Source: Elusimicrobia bacterium CG_4_9_14_3_um_filter_62_55
GTDB taxonomy: Bacteria > Elusimicrobiota > Elusimicrobia > UBA1565
Reading direction: 5' to 3'
Assembly (NCBI GenBank): GCA_002790095.1
Contig: PFUL01000184.1
Location: 2,740-66,739 of the forward strand
Length of the DNA: 64,000 nucleotides
In this document: positions 22,860 to 33,324 of the stretch, piece after piece
Numbering within the stretch: position 1 is the stretch's first letter
How the letters are laid out: every line of letters starts with the position of its first letter
The notes under the pieces: model-generated
What the model was told of the DNA's origin: nothing
What the model saw: only the letters and a program-made list of their open reading frames with translations
The model's database searches: none
Program-made: the position numbers and the translations under genes

Positions 22860-22900
22860 TGCATGCTTCCCCCGAACGTGAATGATAGAATATTGGCGTC

Positions 22901-23884
22901 ATGGAAGCACCGCTTTCCCCCCGGACGAAGAACGTCGTCCTGATCTGGATCGGCCGTCTGGGGGACGTCCTGATGACGACGCCGCTGTTTAAAGCGATCC
23001 GGGCGGCCGCGCCGAACGCCCGCATCCGCCTGGTCACCGGCGAAGCCGGGCTGCCCGGAGCCCGACTCGCTCCCGCGATCGACGAAGTGCTCGTGCTCAA
23101 ACGCGCGTCCAGCCCGCTTCATAATTTAAAGCTCGCGCGAGCGCTGCGCGGCGTCGAAGCCGACCTGCTCCTGGATCTCAACTCCGCGTTCTCGAGGGCC
23201 GCGGCGGTGCTGTGCCGTCTCGCGCGCGCCCGCGTCCGCGCCGGTTTTGAACGCAATCGCGGGAACTCCCTCTTCGACATCCTCGCGGCGCCCGCCGGAA
23301 CGCAAGAGCATATGCTCGACCGCTACGCGCGGCTCGGCGCGGCGATAGGAGCCGCTCCCGAAGGGACCCCGGAAGCTATCGTACCCGAACGCGCGCGCGC
23401 TCGCGCGCGAGAAGCGGCGGCGGGCGTCCCGGGCGAGGGTCCGCTGATCCTCGTTCATCCCGGCAACTTCAAAAAATACGACAACCGCTGGCCGGAGGAA
23501 AAATTTTCGGCGCTGCTCGCCCGCTCGGAGGGGCGCTTCGCGCTGCTCGCGGGTCCTGGGGAGCGCGACGCCGTCGAGGAAATCGCGCGCAACAGCGGGA
23601 AACCCGTGCCCGTGCTGGGATCCCTCACGATCGAGGAGAGCGCGGCGCTCATGGAAGCCGCGGGGCTCTTCATCGGAAACGCCACGGGATCGGCTCACCT
23701 CGCGGCGGCGGTCGGGACGAAGACGCTGACCTTCCTCTCCGCGTATACGAAAAAGGTCTGGATGCCCCAAGACGGCGGCCCCGACGGCCCCCGCCATTTT
23801 CAATTGGTGTCCGAATCGTGGAATTCCTGCCGCGATATCCCCGTCGACGCCGCCGCAGCCGCCCTGCGCCGAGCGCTGGCCTGA
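22901..23884 (+). CDS. Glycosyltransferase family 9 (ADP-heptose:LPS heptosyltransferase-like)
   Basis: N-terminal IWIGRLGDVLMTTP and overall RfaF/WaaC-like layout. Confidence 0.75.
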   Translation: MEAPLSPRTKNVVLIWIGRLGDVLMTTPLFKAIRAAAPNARIRLVTGEAGLPGARLAPAIDEVLVLKRASSPLHNLKLARALRGVEADLLLDLNSAFSRAAAVLCRLARARVRAGFERNRGNSLFDILAAPAGTQEHMLDRYARLGAAIGAAPEGTPEAIVPERARARAREAAAGVPGEGPLILVHPGNFKKYDNRWPEEKFSALLARSEGRFALLAGPGERDAVEEIARNSGKPVPVLGSLTIEESAALMEAAGLFIGNATGSAHLAAAVGTKTLTFLSAYTKKVWMPQDGGPDGPRHFQLVSESWNSCRDIPVDAAAAALRRALA

Positions 23885-23888
23885 CTCT

Positions 23889-25001
23889 TTACTTCGCCCG
23901 GGCGGCGATCAACTCGCGATAGAACTTGTCGGTTGCGCGGACCATGCAGTCCACGCTGAATCGCTCGATAACGATCTCGCGGCCTCGCTTCGCTTGACGC
24001 TTCGCGGTTTCACGATCGTCGAGGATTTCCTCGATCACGCGAGCGAGATCGCCGGCATGTCCCTTCTTGAAGAGTCTTCCGGTGATCCCTTCGACCACGA
24101 GCTCGGAATTTCCCCCTGCATCAGAAGCGGCGCACGGGATTTCCATCGAAAGCGATTCTCGAAGCGCTCCGGAGATTCCCTCGCCGCGGACCGCCGCGTT
24201 GACGCTGACGTCGAGACAAGGCAGCAGCGCCTCAACATCGGAGCGAAACCCCAAAAAGCGAGCGCGCGATTCGGGGAACCCCGCCTGAGCCGCATCGGTC
24301 TTGATGTTTTCGCCGTCCGTGTCGCGGCCGGCGAACAGCAGCACGATGTCGCGGCCTCGCTCCACGAGCTTCGCCCCGGCTTCGAGCAGGATTTTCTGTC
24401 CCTTCCAGTCGCTGTAATTGGCGATTTTTCCGATCAGCGCGGCTCCGGGAGGGATCTTCAGCGAGGAGAGCACGGCGGGATCCGCCTCGCGGGGCGAAAA
24501 AACTTCCGTATCGACGCCGCTGGGAATCGTTCGGATTTTCGCCGGGTCCACGCCCCCCCCCACCAACTCGCGTCGGACATTGTCGGCCACCGCGATGAAG
24601 GAACTGATGCGGGGATTGCGGTATTTCAACCGGCTGAAGATGTGCTTGGGGATCGCAAACGACACGCGGCGGGTGATCAGAAACACCGGCCGGTGACGCG
24701 CGAGATACACCGAGGCGAGGGCCACGGCATGCGCCCGCGGGTGATGGGCGTGCAGCACGTCGAATTTTCCGGCGTCGATGATCCGGGCCATCCTTTGGGC
24801 CGTGATCAGATCGTAATCCTGGCGGGGATGAAGCGGGATGTGACGGACGCCCGCGCTCTGGGCCCGTTTAGCGACCTCACCGTCCTTAGGACTTCCCAAA
24901 GTGACTTCCCACCCGATCGCGTTCAGTCCTTTCGCGAGCGCCAAAAGCTGCGCGGCGCCGCCCGACCAACCTTGGGATTCGCTTACGAATAATGCCTTCA
25001 T
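23889..25001 (-). CDS. Glycosyltransferase family 4
   Basis: GT4 architecture with EGISGALRESLSMEIPCAASDAGG (E-x7-E region). Confidence 0.8.
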   Translation of the reverse strand: MKALFVSESQGWSGGAAQLLALAKGLNAIGWEVTLGSPKDGEVAKRAQSAGVRHIPLHPRQDYDLITAQRMARIIDAGKFDVLHAHHPRAHAVALASVYLARHRPVFLITRRVSFAIPKHIFSRLKYRNPRISSFIAVADNVRRELVGGGVDPAKIRTIPSGVDTEVFSPREADPAVLSSLKIPPGAALIGKIANYSDWKGQKILLEAGAKLVERGRDIVLLFAGRDTDGENIKTDAAQAGFPESRARFLGFRSDVEALLPCLDVSVNAAVRGEGISGALRESLSMEIPCAASDAGGNSELVVEGITGRLFKKGHAGDLARVIEEILDDRETAKRQAKRGREIVIERFSVDCMVRATDKFYRELIAARAK

Positions 25002-25122
25002 TTACGACAAAATCCTAGCAAAATACGATTCCATCTGTTATAATAAAGGACGCTGTCTCAGTGTATCGCCGAGCCGCTTCCTGCATGGGGAGCGGATTTT
25101 TTGTTTCTCGGGGGTTCGGCCG

Positions 25123-25962
25123 ATGCGAAAAGCAATGTGGATGGCGGCGATGGCGGCGATGCCGGCGGCGGCCGCATTCGCCCAGCAGACCGGCTCCCAG
25201 CACTTTCCCCCCATTCACGAACTCCTCGGAACCTCTTCCGCCGCGAACCTCCCGCAAGGCGATTCGGACCTGCGGGATTCTCTCGGGCATCAGCTTACCT
25301 TCAAAGACAACATCCGCGCGCTCACGAGCCAGAGCGAGAAGAAGCGCCGCGACGCCGTCCGCCGTCTCGGGGAAAAGGGCGAGGTGCGCGGGGTGCCTTA
25401 TCTCAGCGCGGTGCTGCTTCGCTCGAACGCCGACGAGAAAACGCGCGCCGACGCGGCGATGTCTCTGGGCAAGATCGGCCATTGGAAAGCCGTCGAGATT
25501 CTCGAGGAGTCGCTCGGAGACCCCTCCGTCGGCGTGCGCTTCGCCTCCGCGCTCGCGCTGGGCCACATTCAGGCCGAGGACGCGGTGTCGCTGCTCGCCG
25601 AGACGGGCATCCGCGACACGCATTGGTGGGTCCGCTACGCCTCGGTCGTAGCGCTCGGGGATACGAAATCCCCGGCGGCGGTCCCGGCGCTCGCGGAAGT
25701 CCTCTCGCAGGATCTTCGCTGGCAAGTCCGCCAGCAGGCGGCCCGGTCGCTTGCGCGCTTCAACGGGAAACGCGTCGTGGGCTTGCTCGCGAACGCCCTG
25801 CGCGATCTCGATCCCAGCGTGCGCTACAGCGCCGCGAAATCGCTCGGGGAGATCGGCGGACTCGACAGCCTCGACGCGCTGCACGGCGCGCTCGAAACCG
25901 AACGCGACGCGTTCGCCCGCACGGCTATCCGCTCCGCCCTCGAAAAAGTCGTCAGAAACTAA
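25123..25962 (+). CDS. Secreted HEAT-repeat (PBS-lyase-type) protein
   Basis: Start taken at MRKAMWMAAMAAMPAAAAFAQQ (signal peptide). Repeated ..VR..A..ALG.. HEAT-like units follow. Confidence 0.65.
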   Translation: MRKAMWMAAMAAMPAAAAFAQQTGSQHFPPIHELLGTSSAANLPQGDSDLRDSLGHQLTFKDNIRALTSQSEKKRRDAVRRLGEKGEVRGVPYLSAVLLRSNADEKTRADAAMSLGKIGHWKAVEILEESLGDPSVGVRFASALALGHIQAEDAVSLLAETGIRDTHWWVRYASVVALGDTKSPAAVPALAEVLSQDLRWQVRQQAARSLARFNGKRVVGLLANALRDLDPSVRYSAAKSLGEIGGLDSLDALHGALETERDAFARTAIRSALEKVVRN

Positions 25963-25968
25963 GACCGC

Positions 25969-26742
25969 TTACGCCAGTTTCCGGGTGAGTGCGATGAAGT
26001 CGTCGAGCGAGAGCGTCTCGGCCCTGGCTTTGGGATCGAGTCCGCAGGCGAGGAACGCCGCGTCGGCTGCGGCCCGATCGATGCCGAGCACCGATGCGGC
26101 CGATTTCGCGGCCATCTTCCGCCGCTGCCCGAACGCCGCTTTGACCACGCGGAAGAAGTCCGCTTCCTTTACTTTGTCCGGAAGGCGGATCTTCGCGAAA
26201 CGGTGCAGACGCATCACCGAAGAACTCACCTTGGGCGGCGGCTGAAAGCATTCGGGACCGGCCTCGCAGACCGGCTCCACTTCGGCCTTCAGCGCGACGG
26301 ACAGCGTCAGCGGACCGTACGCGCGGGACCCCGGAGACGACAACACGCGGTCGACGACCTCGCGCTGCAGCATCAGCACCGCGAGTTCCCATCCCGGCCA
26401 ATCCAGCAGGCGCTGCAGGATCGGCGTCCCCACCGAGTAGGGAAGATTGGAGACCACGACCGCCGGGCGCGGCAGACGCGCTAAATCCAGCTTCAAAAAA
26501 TCGGCGTGAAGGAGCGAAAAATTTTCCGCGTCGGTGAAACGCCGCTCGAGCCCCGGAATCAATTTTGGATCCACTTCGACCGCCGTAAGCGCCGCGCCGC
26601 GCGCGAGGATGCGCCGCGTCAGCACCCCCGCTCCCGGTCCGATCTCAATGACCGTGTCGCCCGGCTTGATGCCGGCCGCGGCGAGGATGGCGTCCGCGAC
26701 CCCGTCGTCGATGAGAAAGTGTTGATCGTAGCGCGCGCGCAT
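25969..26742 (-). CDS. rsmA: 16S rRNA (adenine1518/1519-N6)-dimethyltransferase
   Basis: QHFL, VIEIGPGAG and NLPY motifs of KsgA/RsmA. Confidence 0.88.
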   Translation of the reverse strand: MRARYDQHFLIDDGVADAILAAAGIKPGDTVIEIGPGAGVLTRRILARGAALTAVEVDPKLIPGLERRFTDAENFSLLHADFLKLDLARLPRPAVVVSNLPYSVGTPILQRLLDWPGWELAVLMLQREVVDRVLSSPGSRAYGPLTLSVALKAEVEPVCEAGPECFQPPPKVSSSVMRLHRFAKIRLPDKVKEADFFRVVKAAFGQRRKMAAKSAASVLGIDRAAADAAFLACGLDPKARAETLSLDDFIALTRKLA

Positions 26743-28115
26743 CAGGCGTCGGACAGAGTGACGCCGCCGAATCGGCGCATCAGATCCATTCCGGTTTTCC
26801 AGATGTCGCCGGCCCCCAGCGTCAGAACCACGTCGCCGGCGCGAAGTTCCCGTACGAGTTCGATCGCGCGGCCTAGAGGCGCCGCGTCGACGCCCGCGCG
26901 TTTCGCGGCGTCGATGATCAACTTCGACTTCACGCCGGCGATCGGCTTTTCCCCCGCCGCGTAGATGTCGGCGACGAACAGCCGATCGGCCCGGGAAAAT
27001 GATTTCCCGAACGCGCGGTGAAGCGCCTTCGTGCGCGAAAAACGGTGAGGCTGAAACAGGACGACGAGCCTGCGCCGTCCGAATCGTTCGCGCATCGCGT
27101 CCAGCGTCGCGCGGACTTCCGTCGGATGATGGCCGTAATCGTCGACAAACGCGACCCCGTTTGCCTCCCCGAGCGACTCCATCCTCCGTCCGACGCCCGT
27201 AAACGATTCGAGACCCGCGAAGACGCGCTTCAACTCCAGACCGAGAAATCCCGCGACCGCCACGGCGGCCAGCGCGTTCTGCGCGTTATGGCGACCCGCG
27301 ACCTTCAAGCGCAATCGTCCGACTTTCTTTCCCTTGCGGCGGATCTCCAGCACCGAACCCGTCTTCGTCCGCAGCCTCCTTCCGCGCCAAAGCGAGCCGA
27401 TGTTGAATCCATAAGAGACCACGGGGGACGTCAACCGCCGCGCCATCCGCCGAAGCTCGGGATCGTCGAAGCATAAAATGGCGGCGCCGTAGAACGGAAG
27501 ACGCCGCAAATGAGTCTCGAACGCCTTTTTGAGCTGGGGCAAGCCGCCGTAATGCTCGAGATGGTCGTCATCGATGTTCGTCACGACGGCGACGAGCGGC
27601 CACAAGCGAAGAAAGGACCCGTCGCTTTCGTCGGCCTCGGCGACGAGCGTGTCTCCCAGGCCGAGTTTCGCGTTCGATCCGAGATCCGCGACCTGCCCGC
27701 CGACGATCACCGTCGGATCCTGGCCGGCGGCCTGAAGAGCAACGCCGATCATCGCGGTCGTCGTCGTCTTCCCATGCGTTCCGGAAACCGCGATCGTTCG
27801 CTTGAGACGAGCCAACTCGGCGAGCATCTCGATGCGCGCGACGACCGGCACGCGCAGGCGCTTCGCTTCGCGTACCTCGGGATTGGACGCGGAGACCGCC
27901 GTGCTGGTCACGACCACCTGCGCGCCCCGCACGTTTTCCGGACGATGCCCGATCCGAATTTTCGCGCCGGCGGCCGCGAGACGCCGCGTCAACTCCGTTT
28001 GCTTTAAATCCGATCCGGACACGCGGTAGCCGAGAGTGAGCAGCACCTGGGCGATCCCGCTCATCCCGACGCCGCCGATCCCGACGAAATGAATCCGCTT
28101 GACGAATCCCTTCAT
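26742..28115 (-). CDS. murC: UDP-N-acetylmuramate--L-alanine ligase
   Basis: Start taken at MKGFVKRIHFVGIGGVGMSG. The GTHGKTTTT P-loop and Mur ligase layout are present. ATGA overlap with the upstream TPR gene stop. Confidence 0.88.
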   Translation of the reverse strand: MKGFVKRIHFVGIGGVGMSGIAQVLLTLGYRVSGSDLKQTELTRRLAAAGAKIRIGHRPENVRGAQVVVTSTAVSASNPEVREAKRLRVPVVARIEMLAELARLKRTIAVSGTHGKTTTTAMIGVALQAAGQDPTVIVGGQVADLGSNAKLGLGDTLVAEADESDGSFLRLWPLVAVVTNIDDDHLEHYGGLPQLKKAFETHLRRLPFYGAAILCFDDPELRRMARRLTSPVVSYGFNIGSLWRGRRLRTKTGSVLEIRRKGKKVGRLRLKVAGRHNAQNALAAVAVAGFLGLELKRVFAGLESFTGVGRRMESLGEANGVAFVDDYGHHPTEVRATLDAMRERFGRRRLVVLFQPHRFSRTKALHRAFGKSFSRADRLFVADIYAAGEKPIAGVKSKLIIDAAKRAGVDAAPLGRAIELVRELRAGDVVLTLGAGDIWKTGMDLMRRFGGVTLSDA

Positions 28116-29827
28116 CGGGTCGCGTCCTCGAGCAGCAGCCACTTCAAGCCGTCGGCCGCGCTTTTGTTGCCTGGATCCAATTGCAGGGCGCGTCGGTAGG
28201 CCGCGATCGCGGCCTCCTCGTCCCCGCGAATCACCATCGCGACGCCGAGCCCCAGATGGGCCAGCGCGTCGGACGGGTCGAGCATCACCGCGCGTCCGAA
28301 CGCCGCCGCGGCCTTGTCCGCCTGACCGAGGGTGGAAAGACCGATCCCTTCGAGAACGTACCAGAGCGCGGATTCCGCCTCAGGGACGCGCTCGGAAGTC
28401 AGGGACTCCGCCACCAACTCCATCCACGCGGTCCCCATCACCCACAGGCCCAGGTCGTTGCCGACATCGCGGGGTTGGAACGCGACCTTCGGGCGTTTCC
28501 CGTCTTTGGGATCGCCCGGCCCCGAGGCCTTTTCCGAGAACTTCAGATTCATCCCAATCCGCGTCTCACTTTCCGGGGGAGCGCCGTCGAGCGTCTTCTG
28601 GAGATCGTCGATGATCTCGCGGATCTTTTCGCGCCGCGCTCCGGCATCGCCGGCCGGCAGGGAGAATTCCTTTTGCGCCCCGATGCTCGTCTGCTGGGGA
28701 AGCTTGCCGGCGCGCTCAAGGGCGGACTTAAGGGAAGAAGGAGTTTCGTCGACGCGGCGCCTGACGAGTTTGGGCTTCGGCAAAAAGGCCATGTCCACTT
28801 GAAGAACCGCCTCCTGTTCGAGAGGAATGCGCGACAGGTTGCGCCTCAACACGTCGAGAGGTCCGGTCGGTTCGGACGCGTTCTCCTGCGGATCGCCCTT
28901 CCCTTCCCCCTTTTCGCTCCCTCGGCCGGTGTTCGGGGAATTCCCGCCGTAAGAAACCGACAGGGCCAATCCTTCGCCGCGGTCCGACGGCGTCAGATGA
29001 AAAACATCCCGAAGCGTCTTGCGCGCCTCATCGGGCCTGTCGCGAAGCAGCGCCGTCCGGGCCAAACGGAAGCGGGCGACGGCGTCGCGGCTTTTAAGCC
29101 GCACGGCCTTCTCGAACATCTCGGCGGCTTCCTTCAGCTTATCCATTCGCTCGTATAGCGCGCCGAGTTCCAGGATCGCGTCCTGATAGCGCGGATAGAT
29201 CACGACCGCCTCGCGAAGCTCGGACGCCGCCTCTTCCTCCCGGCCGAGCCGCCGGTAAAGCATCCCGAGTTGATAGCGGTACAACGGGTGACGCTTATCG
29301 AGTTCCACCGCCTTTCGGAAATGCGTCAGGGCTTCCTGGTAGCGGCCGAGGGATTCCTCGACCGAACCGAGATTCATTTGAATGTCGGCTCGCTGCGGCG
29401 CGAGTTCGGCGGCTTTGACAAACGATTTATGCGCCCCCGGGACGTCGCCTTTCCAAGCGTAGACGATGCCGAGAAGAAGATGAGACTGAGGGTCCTTCCC
29501 GTCGAGCCGAAGGCTCTCCCGGAATTCCGTTTCGGCCTCTTCCACGCGGCCGAGCCAGTAGTAGGCGGTTCCGAGGAATTGATGCGCCTTGGAATCCTCC
29601 GGGGATTTGATGACGGCCTTCGAAAAGTGCTGAAGCGCGCGCTCGTAGTCTTTCCCATCGTAAAACCGCATCCCCAACGCGATATCCTTCGACGCCTGCG
29701 CTTCCATAATGCGGTCCCAATAGGTGGTCTGCCCGACAACCTCCTCCCGCGCCGCGAACGAAACGGCGGGAAGCAGCGCGAACAGCAGAGAGAGAATCAA
29801 GGCCCGTTCCCGATTTCGCGAAGCCAC
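28112..29827 (-). CDS. Secreted TPR-repeat protein
   Basis: Start taken at GTG giving MASRNRERALILSLLFALLPAVSFA|A (signal peptide). Many TPR units follow. The track ORF start 30097 is over-extended through rdgB. Confidence 0.6.
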   Translation of the reverse strand: MASRNRERALILSLLFALLPAVSFAAREEVVGQTTYWDRIMEAQASKDIALGMRFYDGKDYERALQHFSKAVIKSPEDSKAHQFLGTAYYWLGRVEEAETEFRESLRLDGKDPQSHLLLGIVYAWKGDVPGAHKSFVKAAELAPQRADIQMNLGSVEESLGRYQEALTHFRKAVELDKRHPLYRYQLGMLYRRLGREEEAASELREAVVIYPRYQDAILELGALYERMDKLKEAAEMFEKAVRLKSRDAVARFRLARTALLRDRPDEARKTLRDVFHLTPSDRGEGLALSVSYGGNSPNTGRGSEKGEGKGDPQENASEPTGPLDVLRRNLSRIPLEQEAVLQVDMAFLPKPKLVRRRVDETPSSLKSALERAGKLPQQTSIGAQKEFSLPAGDAGARREKIREIIDDLQKTLDGAPPESETRIGMNLKFSEKASGPGDPKDGKRPKVAFQPRDVGNDLGLWVMGTAWMELVAESLTSERVPEAESALWYVLEGIGLSTLGQADKAAAAFGRAVMLDPSDALAHLGLGVAMVIRGDEEAAIAAYRRALQLDPGNKSAADGLKWLLLEDATR

Positions 29828-30405
29828 GGCGCCACGGCGCGCAGCGCTTCTCCGCGATGACTGATCTCGTTCTTTTCCTCGTCGTTCATTTCGGCGAGGG
29901 TCTTGTCGCGTTCGGGGACGAGGAATACCGGGTCGTAGCCGAAGCCGTTGCCGCCGAACGGAGTCTCGGTAATGCGTCCTTCCAGACTGCCGACTTGAAT
30001 CCGAACCTGTCCCTGAGGAGAGGAGAGCGCCACGACGCAGCGGAACATCGCCCGCCGGTTTCGGCGCCCCTTCATTTCGCCGACGAGCTTGTCGCAATTC
30101 GCCTTAAAATCGCAGTCGGGACCCGCGTAGCGGGCGGAATACACGCCCGGCGCCCCGTCCAACGCCTCGACTTCAAGACCGGTATCGTCGGCAAGCGTCC
30201 ACAAGCCCGTGGAAAGGGCCGCCGTGACGGCCTTCTTGACCGCGTTCTGTTCCAACGTCTCTCCGTCCTCTTCGACAGGGAGCAGATCCGGAAAATCGGC
30301 CAGAGACAGGAACTTGAGCGCGGCATCAGCAGCGGCCGATCCCGCCAAAATCGCCTCGATTTCCCCGACCTTGTGCCGATTCCCGGTGGCGATCAGTATC
30401 TTCAT
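29797..30405 (-). CDS. rdgB: Non-canonical purine NTP pyrophosphatase (dITP/XTP pyrophosphatase, Ham1 family)
   Basis: MKILIATGNRHKVGE...FGYDPVF motifs. 202 aa. Confidence 0.88.
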   Translation of the reverse strand: MKILIATGNRHKVGEIEAILAGSAAADAALKFLSLADFPDLLPVEEDGETLEQNAVKKAVTAALSTGLWTLADDTGLEVEALDGAPGVYSARYAGPDCDFKANCDKLVGEMKGRRNRRAMFRCVVALSSPQGQVRIQVGSLEGRITETPFGGNGFGYDPVFLVPERDKTLAEMNDEEKNEISHRGEALRAVAPWLREIGNGP

Positions 30406-30522
30406 ATATCTTCGATAAAAATTGTACAATCTCGGTTCTCGCGGTACAAGCGGGGCGGAAGCCTTGCGGTGCCGGCCTTCCTCGGGGCAATCGAGACGGC
30501 CGGTGCAAGGAGGAGGATGCGG

Positions 30523-30837
30523 ATGTTCAACAAGAGATTTTTGGCTTCGCTGACGCTCAGCGCGCTTCTTTCCGCCGCGCCGGCGGTCCTGGTCTCGGGA
30601 TGCCGGGCCCGCATGCCGGTCGACCGTTCGGATCCCGGAATCACCGCCCGCGTCCGTTCCCAACTCAGCGCAGAATCCGATCTGAACGTCCGCTACCTCG
30701 ACATCTATACGCACATGCGGGTCGTCACGCTTTCCGGAATGGTTGATTCCCGCGAACAAAAGCGCAAAATCACAAACCTCGTGCGCCGCGTGCCGGGCGT
30801 CCGGCAAGTCATTATCAACCTCGTCGTTAAGGAATAG
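30523..30837 (+). CDS. BON-domain lipoprotein (OsmY-like)
   Basis: MFNKRFLASLTLSALLSAAPAVLVSGC has a lipobox. A C-terminal BON-like domain is present and an AGGAGG RBS lies upstream. Confidence 0.6.
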   Translation: MFNKRFLASLTLSALLSAAPAVLVSGCRARMPVDRSDPGITARVRSQLSAESDLNVRYLDIYTHMRVVTLSGMVDSREQKRKITNLVRRVPGVRQVIINLVVKE

Positions 30838-30937
30838 TGGCTTTTCCCCCCGCCGCGAAAGTCTTCCCTTTGGACCCGGACTCGCGGCAGTCGTTGGGCC
30901 GTTTCCGCCGAATCTCTTCGGAGGCAACAACATAGGG

Positions 30938-32260
30938 ATGCGGCTCTCGTTCCTCCTTCTCGCGCTTCTGGCAGCCGCCCTCCCCTGCCGGGCGGGAGAC
31001 TCCGAAGAAGCGGTCTGGACGCCCGCGGAATACGTCCGCCTGTCCCTGGGAAAATCCCCTTCGGTCCGTCAAGCCGCCGATGGGGTCGCGGCCGCCCGCG
31101 CCCGGGAACGCTCCGGATTCGCCTCCGCCATGCTGCCTTCCCTCTCCTTCTCGGCCTCGATGAATCCGGCGAGGCTCGCCCCGGGCAACCGCTTCACCTT
31201 CGACTCCTGGCGACTTTCAGACAACGACTGGACGATCACTCCGGGCGCCTCGTGGAATCTCTTCAACCACTTCAAGGACGTCATCGCCAACCGCACGCGG
31301 ACTCTTTCAACGGCCTCGTCTGAAGAGGATCTTGAAACTTCCCGCCAATCGGCCGCCCTCGCGGCGCTGCGGTCCTTCTACCGCCTGCTTCGCGCGGAGC
31401 GCATCGTTGAAGTGGCGGAGCGCAACCTCGAGGTCCAAAAACAGAACTACGCGTTGACGCAAAACCGCTACCAGAACGGCATGAAAAGCCTCTTCGACCT
31501 CCTGAAAACGGAAACGGACTGGCGTTCCGCCGAACTCAACCGGGAAAACCGGCTGGCCGAGCAGCGCCTCGCGCTTTACCAATTCAACGCCGCGATCGAA
31601 AGACGCGAGGATGCTCCGGTTCGCTTTCCTCAGGCACTCAGCGCCGGAACGACGGAAATCCCCCTCCTCGAGGACGGCCTGCGCGCGGCGATGCTCTCCC
31701 GCCCCGAGGTGAAGAAGAACGCGAATACCCTCGAAGCGGCCGATCTGGCGTGGCGCCGCGCCAAGATCGACGCGGGCCCGACGACCTCTCTCAATTTCTC
31801 CTACAGCGACCCGGTCAGCGGCTCCTTCGGGGCGAAGCGTACCGAATTCGGACTTCAGGACGCGGTCTACGGCTTCACGCTGAGCCTCTCTCTTCCTTCG
31901 TCTTTGAATTTCTACTCCCAAGCCCAGAACCTCATCGCAGCCCGCGCCGCTTGGAGACAAAGCCGCGAAACCCGCGTCGCGCTGGAGCGCAGCGTCCGTG
32001 AAGAAGTCTACGGCGCTCACATCGAACTGGTTCGGGCGGTCCGTTCTCTCGAGATCGCGGAGCGCAAAGAGGACATCTCCCGCCAGAACCTCGAACTCAT
32101 CACCGAACAGTACGAACGGGGCTCGGTGGACGTCATCCGTCTCTCTCAGGTGCAAATCGATTTCGTCAACGCGCAGATCGAGCGGCTCGACGCCTTCCGC
32201 GACGTGAACATCAACCACGCGGCCTACCGCCGCGTGATCGGAGAATCCATATGGCGCTGA
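30938..32260 (+). CDS. TolC-like outer membrane efflux protein
   Basis: Start taken at MRLSFLLLALLAAALPCRAG (signal peptide). Two OEP repeats with a coiled-coil pattern follow. Confidence 0.75.
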   Translation: MRLSFLLLALLAAALPCRAGDSEEAVWTPAEYVRLSLGKSPSVRQAADGVAAARARERSGFASAMLPSLSFSASMNPARLAPGNRFTFDSWRLSDNDWTITPGASWNLFNHFKDVIANRTRTLSTASSEEDLETSRQSAALAALRSFYRLLRAERIVEVAERNLEVQKQNYALTQNRYQNGMKSLFDLLKTETDWRSAELNRENRLAEQRLALYQFNAAIERREDAPVRFPQALSAGTTEIPLLEDGLRAAMLSRPEVKKNANTLEAADLAWRRAKIDAGPTTSLNFSYSDPVSGSFGAKRTEFGLQDAVYGFTLSLSLPSSLNFYSQAQNLIAARAAWRQSRETRVALERSVREEVYGAHIELVRAVRSLEIAERKEDISRQNLELITEQYERGSVDVIRLSQVQIDFVNAQIERLDAFRDVNINHAAYRRVIGESIWR

Positions 32261-33324
32261 TCAAAAAGCTTTGGTCGAAGAAGCACCGCTGGAAGACCGC
32301 GACGGCGTTGGCTTTGCTCGTCGCCGCGGGAGGCGCCTGGTTTTGGCATCAAAAGAGGAAGTCGGCTGAAGCGGAAAACGCCGAAGACACCCGGGCCGAT
32401 GTGGACCGCGGATCGCTCGAGGTCACGTTCGAGGAATTGGGGGACATTGCCGCGAAGAACATCGTTAATGTTCCCTCGAAAGTCTCGGGACGCGTGATGA
32501 AACTCTATGTTGAAGAAGGGCAAACGGTGAAGGAAGGGCGGGAACTCGCGATCATCCAACCCGGTAAAACCGCCGCGGACAAATACCTTCCCTCGACCGT
32601 TGTCGCTCCGATCGGCGGTCTGCTGCTGCGCTACGTCAAGAATCCCGACGGAAAAACCGCCCCCGAGCCTTGGCCGGAAGTCGGCGATTACGTCACCGGG
32701 CTCTTCGACAGCACGAACCCGAACTACCTCATGTCGGTCGCGGACATGGGGGAACTCGTCGTCCGGCTTAAGATCAACGAACTCGACATCCTCAAACTCA
32801 AAGAAGGCATGCCGGTCACGGTTTCCGTGGACGCCCTGCCGGACGAAGACTTCGAAGCGAAAGTCGCCGTCATCTCCCCCCAGGCCGAACGAGAGAACCG
32901 CGGCGGGAAGGTCTTCCGGGTCGAGGTCGCGATCGCGAAAGCCGATCCGCGTCTGCGCAACGGCATGACCGCCCGCGTCAAAGCCGTTCTGGAAAAACGC
33001 GAAGGCGTGCTTAAAATCCCCCTTTCCGGGCTCTACGAAGAGAAGGGACTGAACCTCGTCTACCTCGATCGAGAGGCTCAGCAGCCCAAGCAGGTCTTCG
33101 TCAAGGCGGGGCTCCGGACGGAAACCGACGTGGAAATTCTGGAAGGCCTGACGGAAGGACAAAAAATCCACACCGAGAAACCGGTGCTCTTCGAGGAAAT
33201 CCCTAAGGATGATTTCAAAGAGCGAAAAAAGAAATTAGAGGAGAGCGAGAAATCGGGCGACGGGAAAAAATCCCGAAAAGCCTCCCGCCGGGCGATGCGG
33301 GCCGCGCGACCGTCGAGAATGTGA
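32251..33324 (+). CDS. Efflux periplasmic adaptor (HlyD/MFP family, MacA-like)
   Basis: N-terminal TM segment followed by biotinyl-lipoyl-like and beta-barrel MFP segments. Genomic context between TolC and the ABC pair. Confidence 0.75.
   Translation: MALIKKLWSKKHRWKTATALALLVAAGGAWFWHQKRKSAEAENAEDTRADVDRGSLEVTFEELGDIAAKNIVNVPSKVSGRVMKLYVEEGQTVKEGRELAIIQPGKTAADKYLPSTVVAPIGGLLLRYVKNPDGKTAPEPWPEVGDYVTGLFDSTNPNYLMSVADMGELVVRLKINELDILKLKEGMPVTVSVDALPDEDFEAKVAVISPQAERENRGGKVFRVEVAIAKADPRLRNGMTARVKAVLEKREGVLKIPLSGLYEEKGLNLVYLDREAQQPKQVFVKAGLRTETDVEILEGLTEGQKIHTEKPVLFEEIPKDDFKERKKKLEESEKSGDGKKSRKASRRAMRAARPSRM

Noticed and set aside
20521-23100. ORF-track N-terminal over-extensions (protease 859 aa; also 3813..3938, 16418..16672, 18039..18251, 30743..30937, 35825..36298, 36850..37356, 52452..52502, 45767..46072)
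   Set aside because: The extensions overlap upstream genes or lack family similarity. Internal starts with RBS-like sequences and signal peptides or canonical N-termini were chosen instead.
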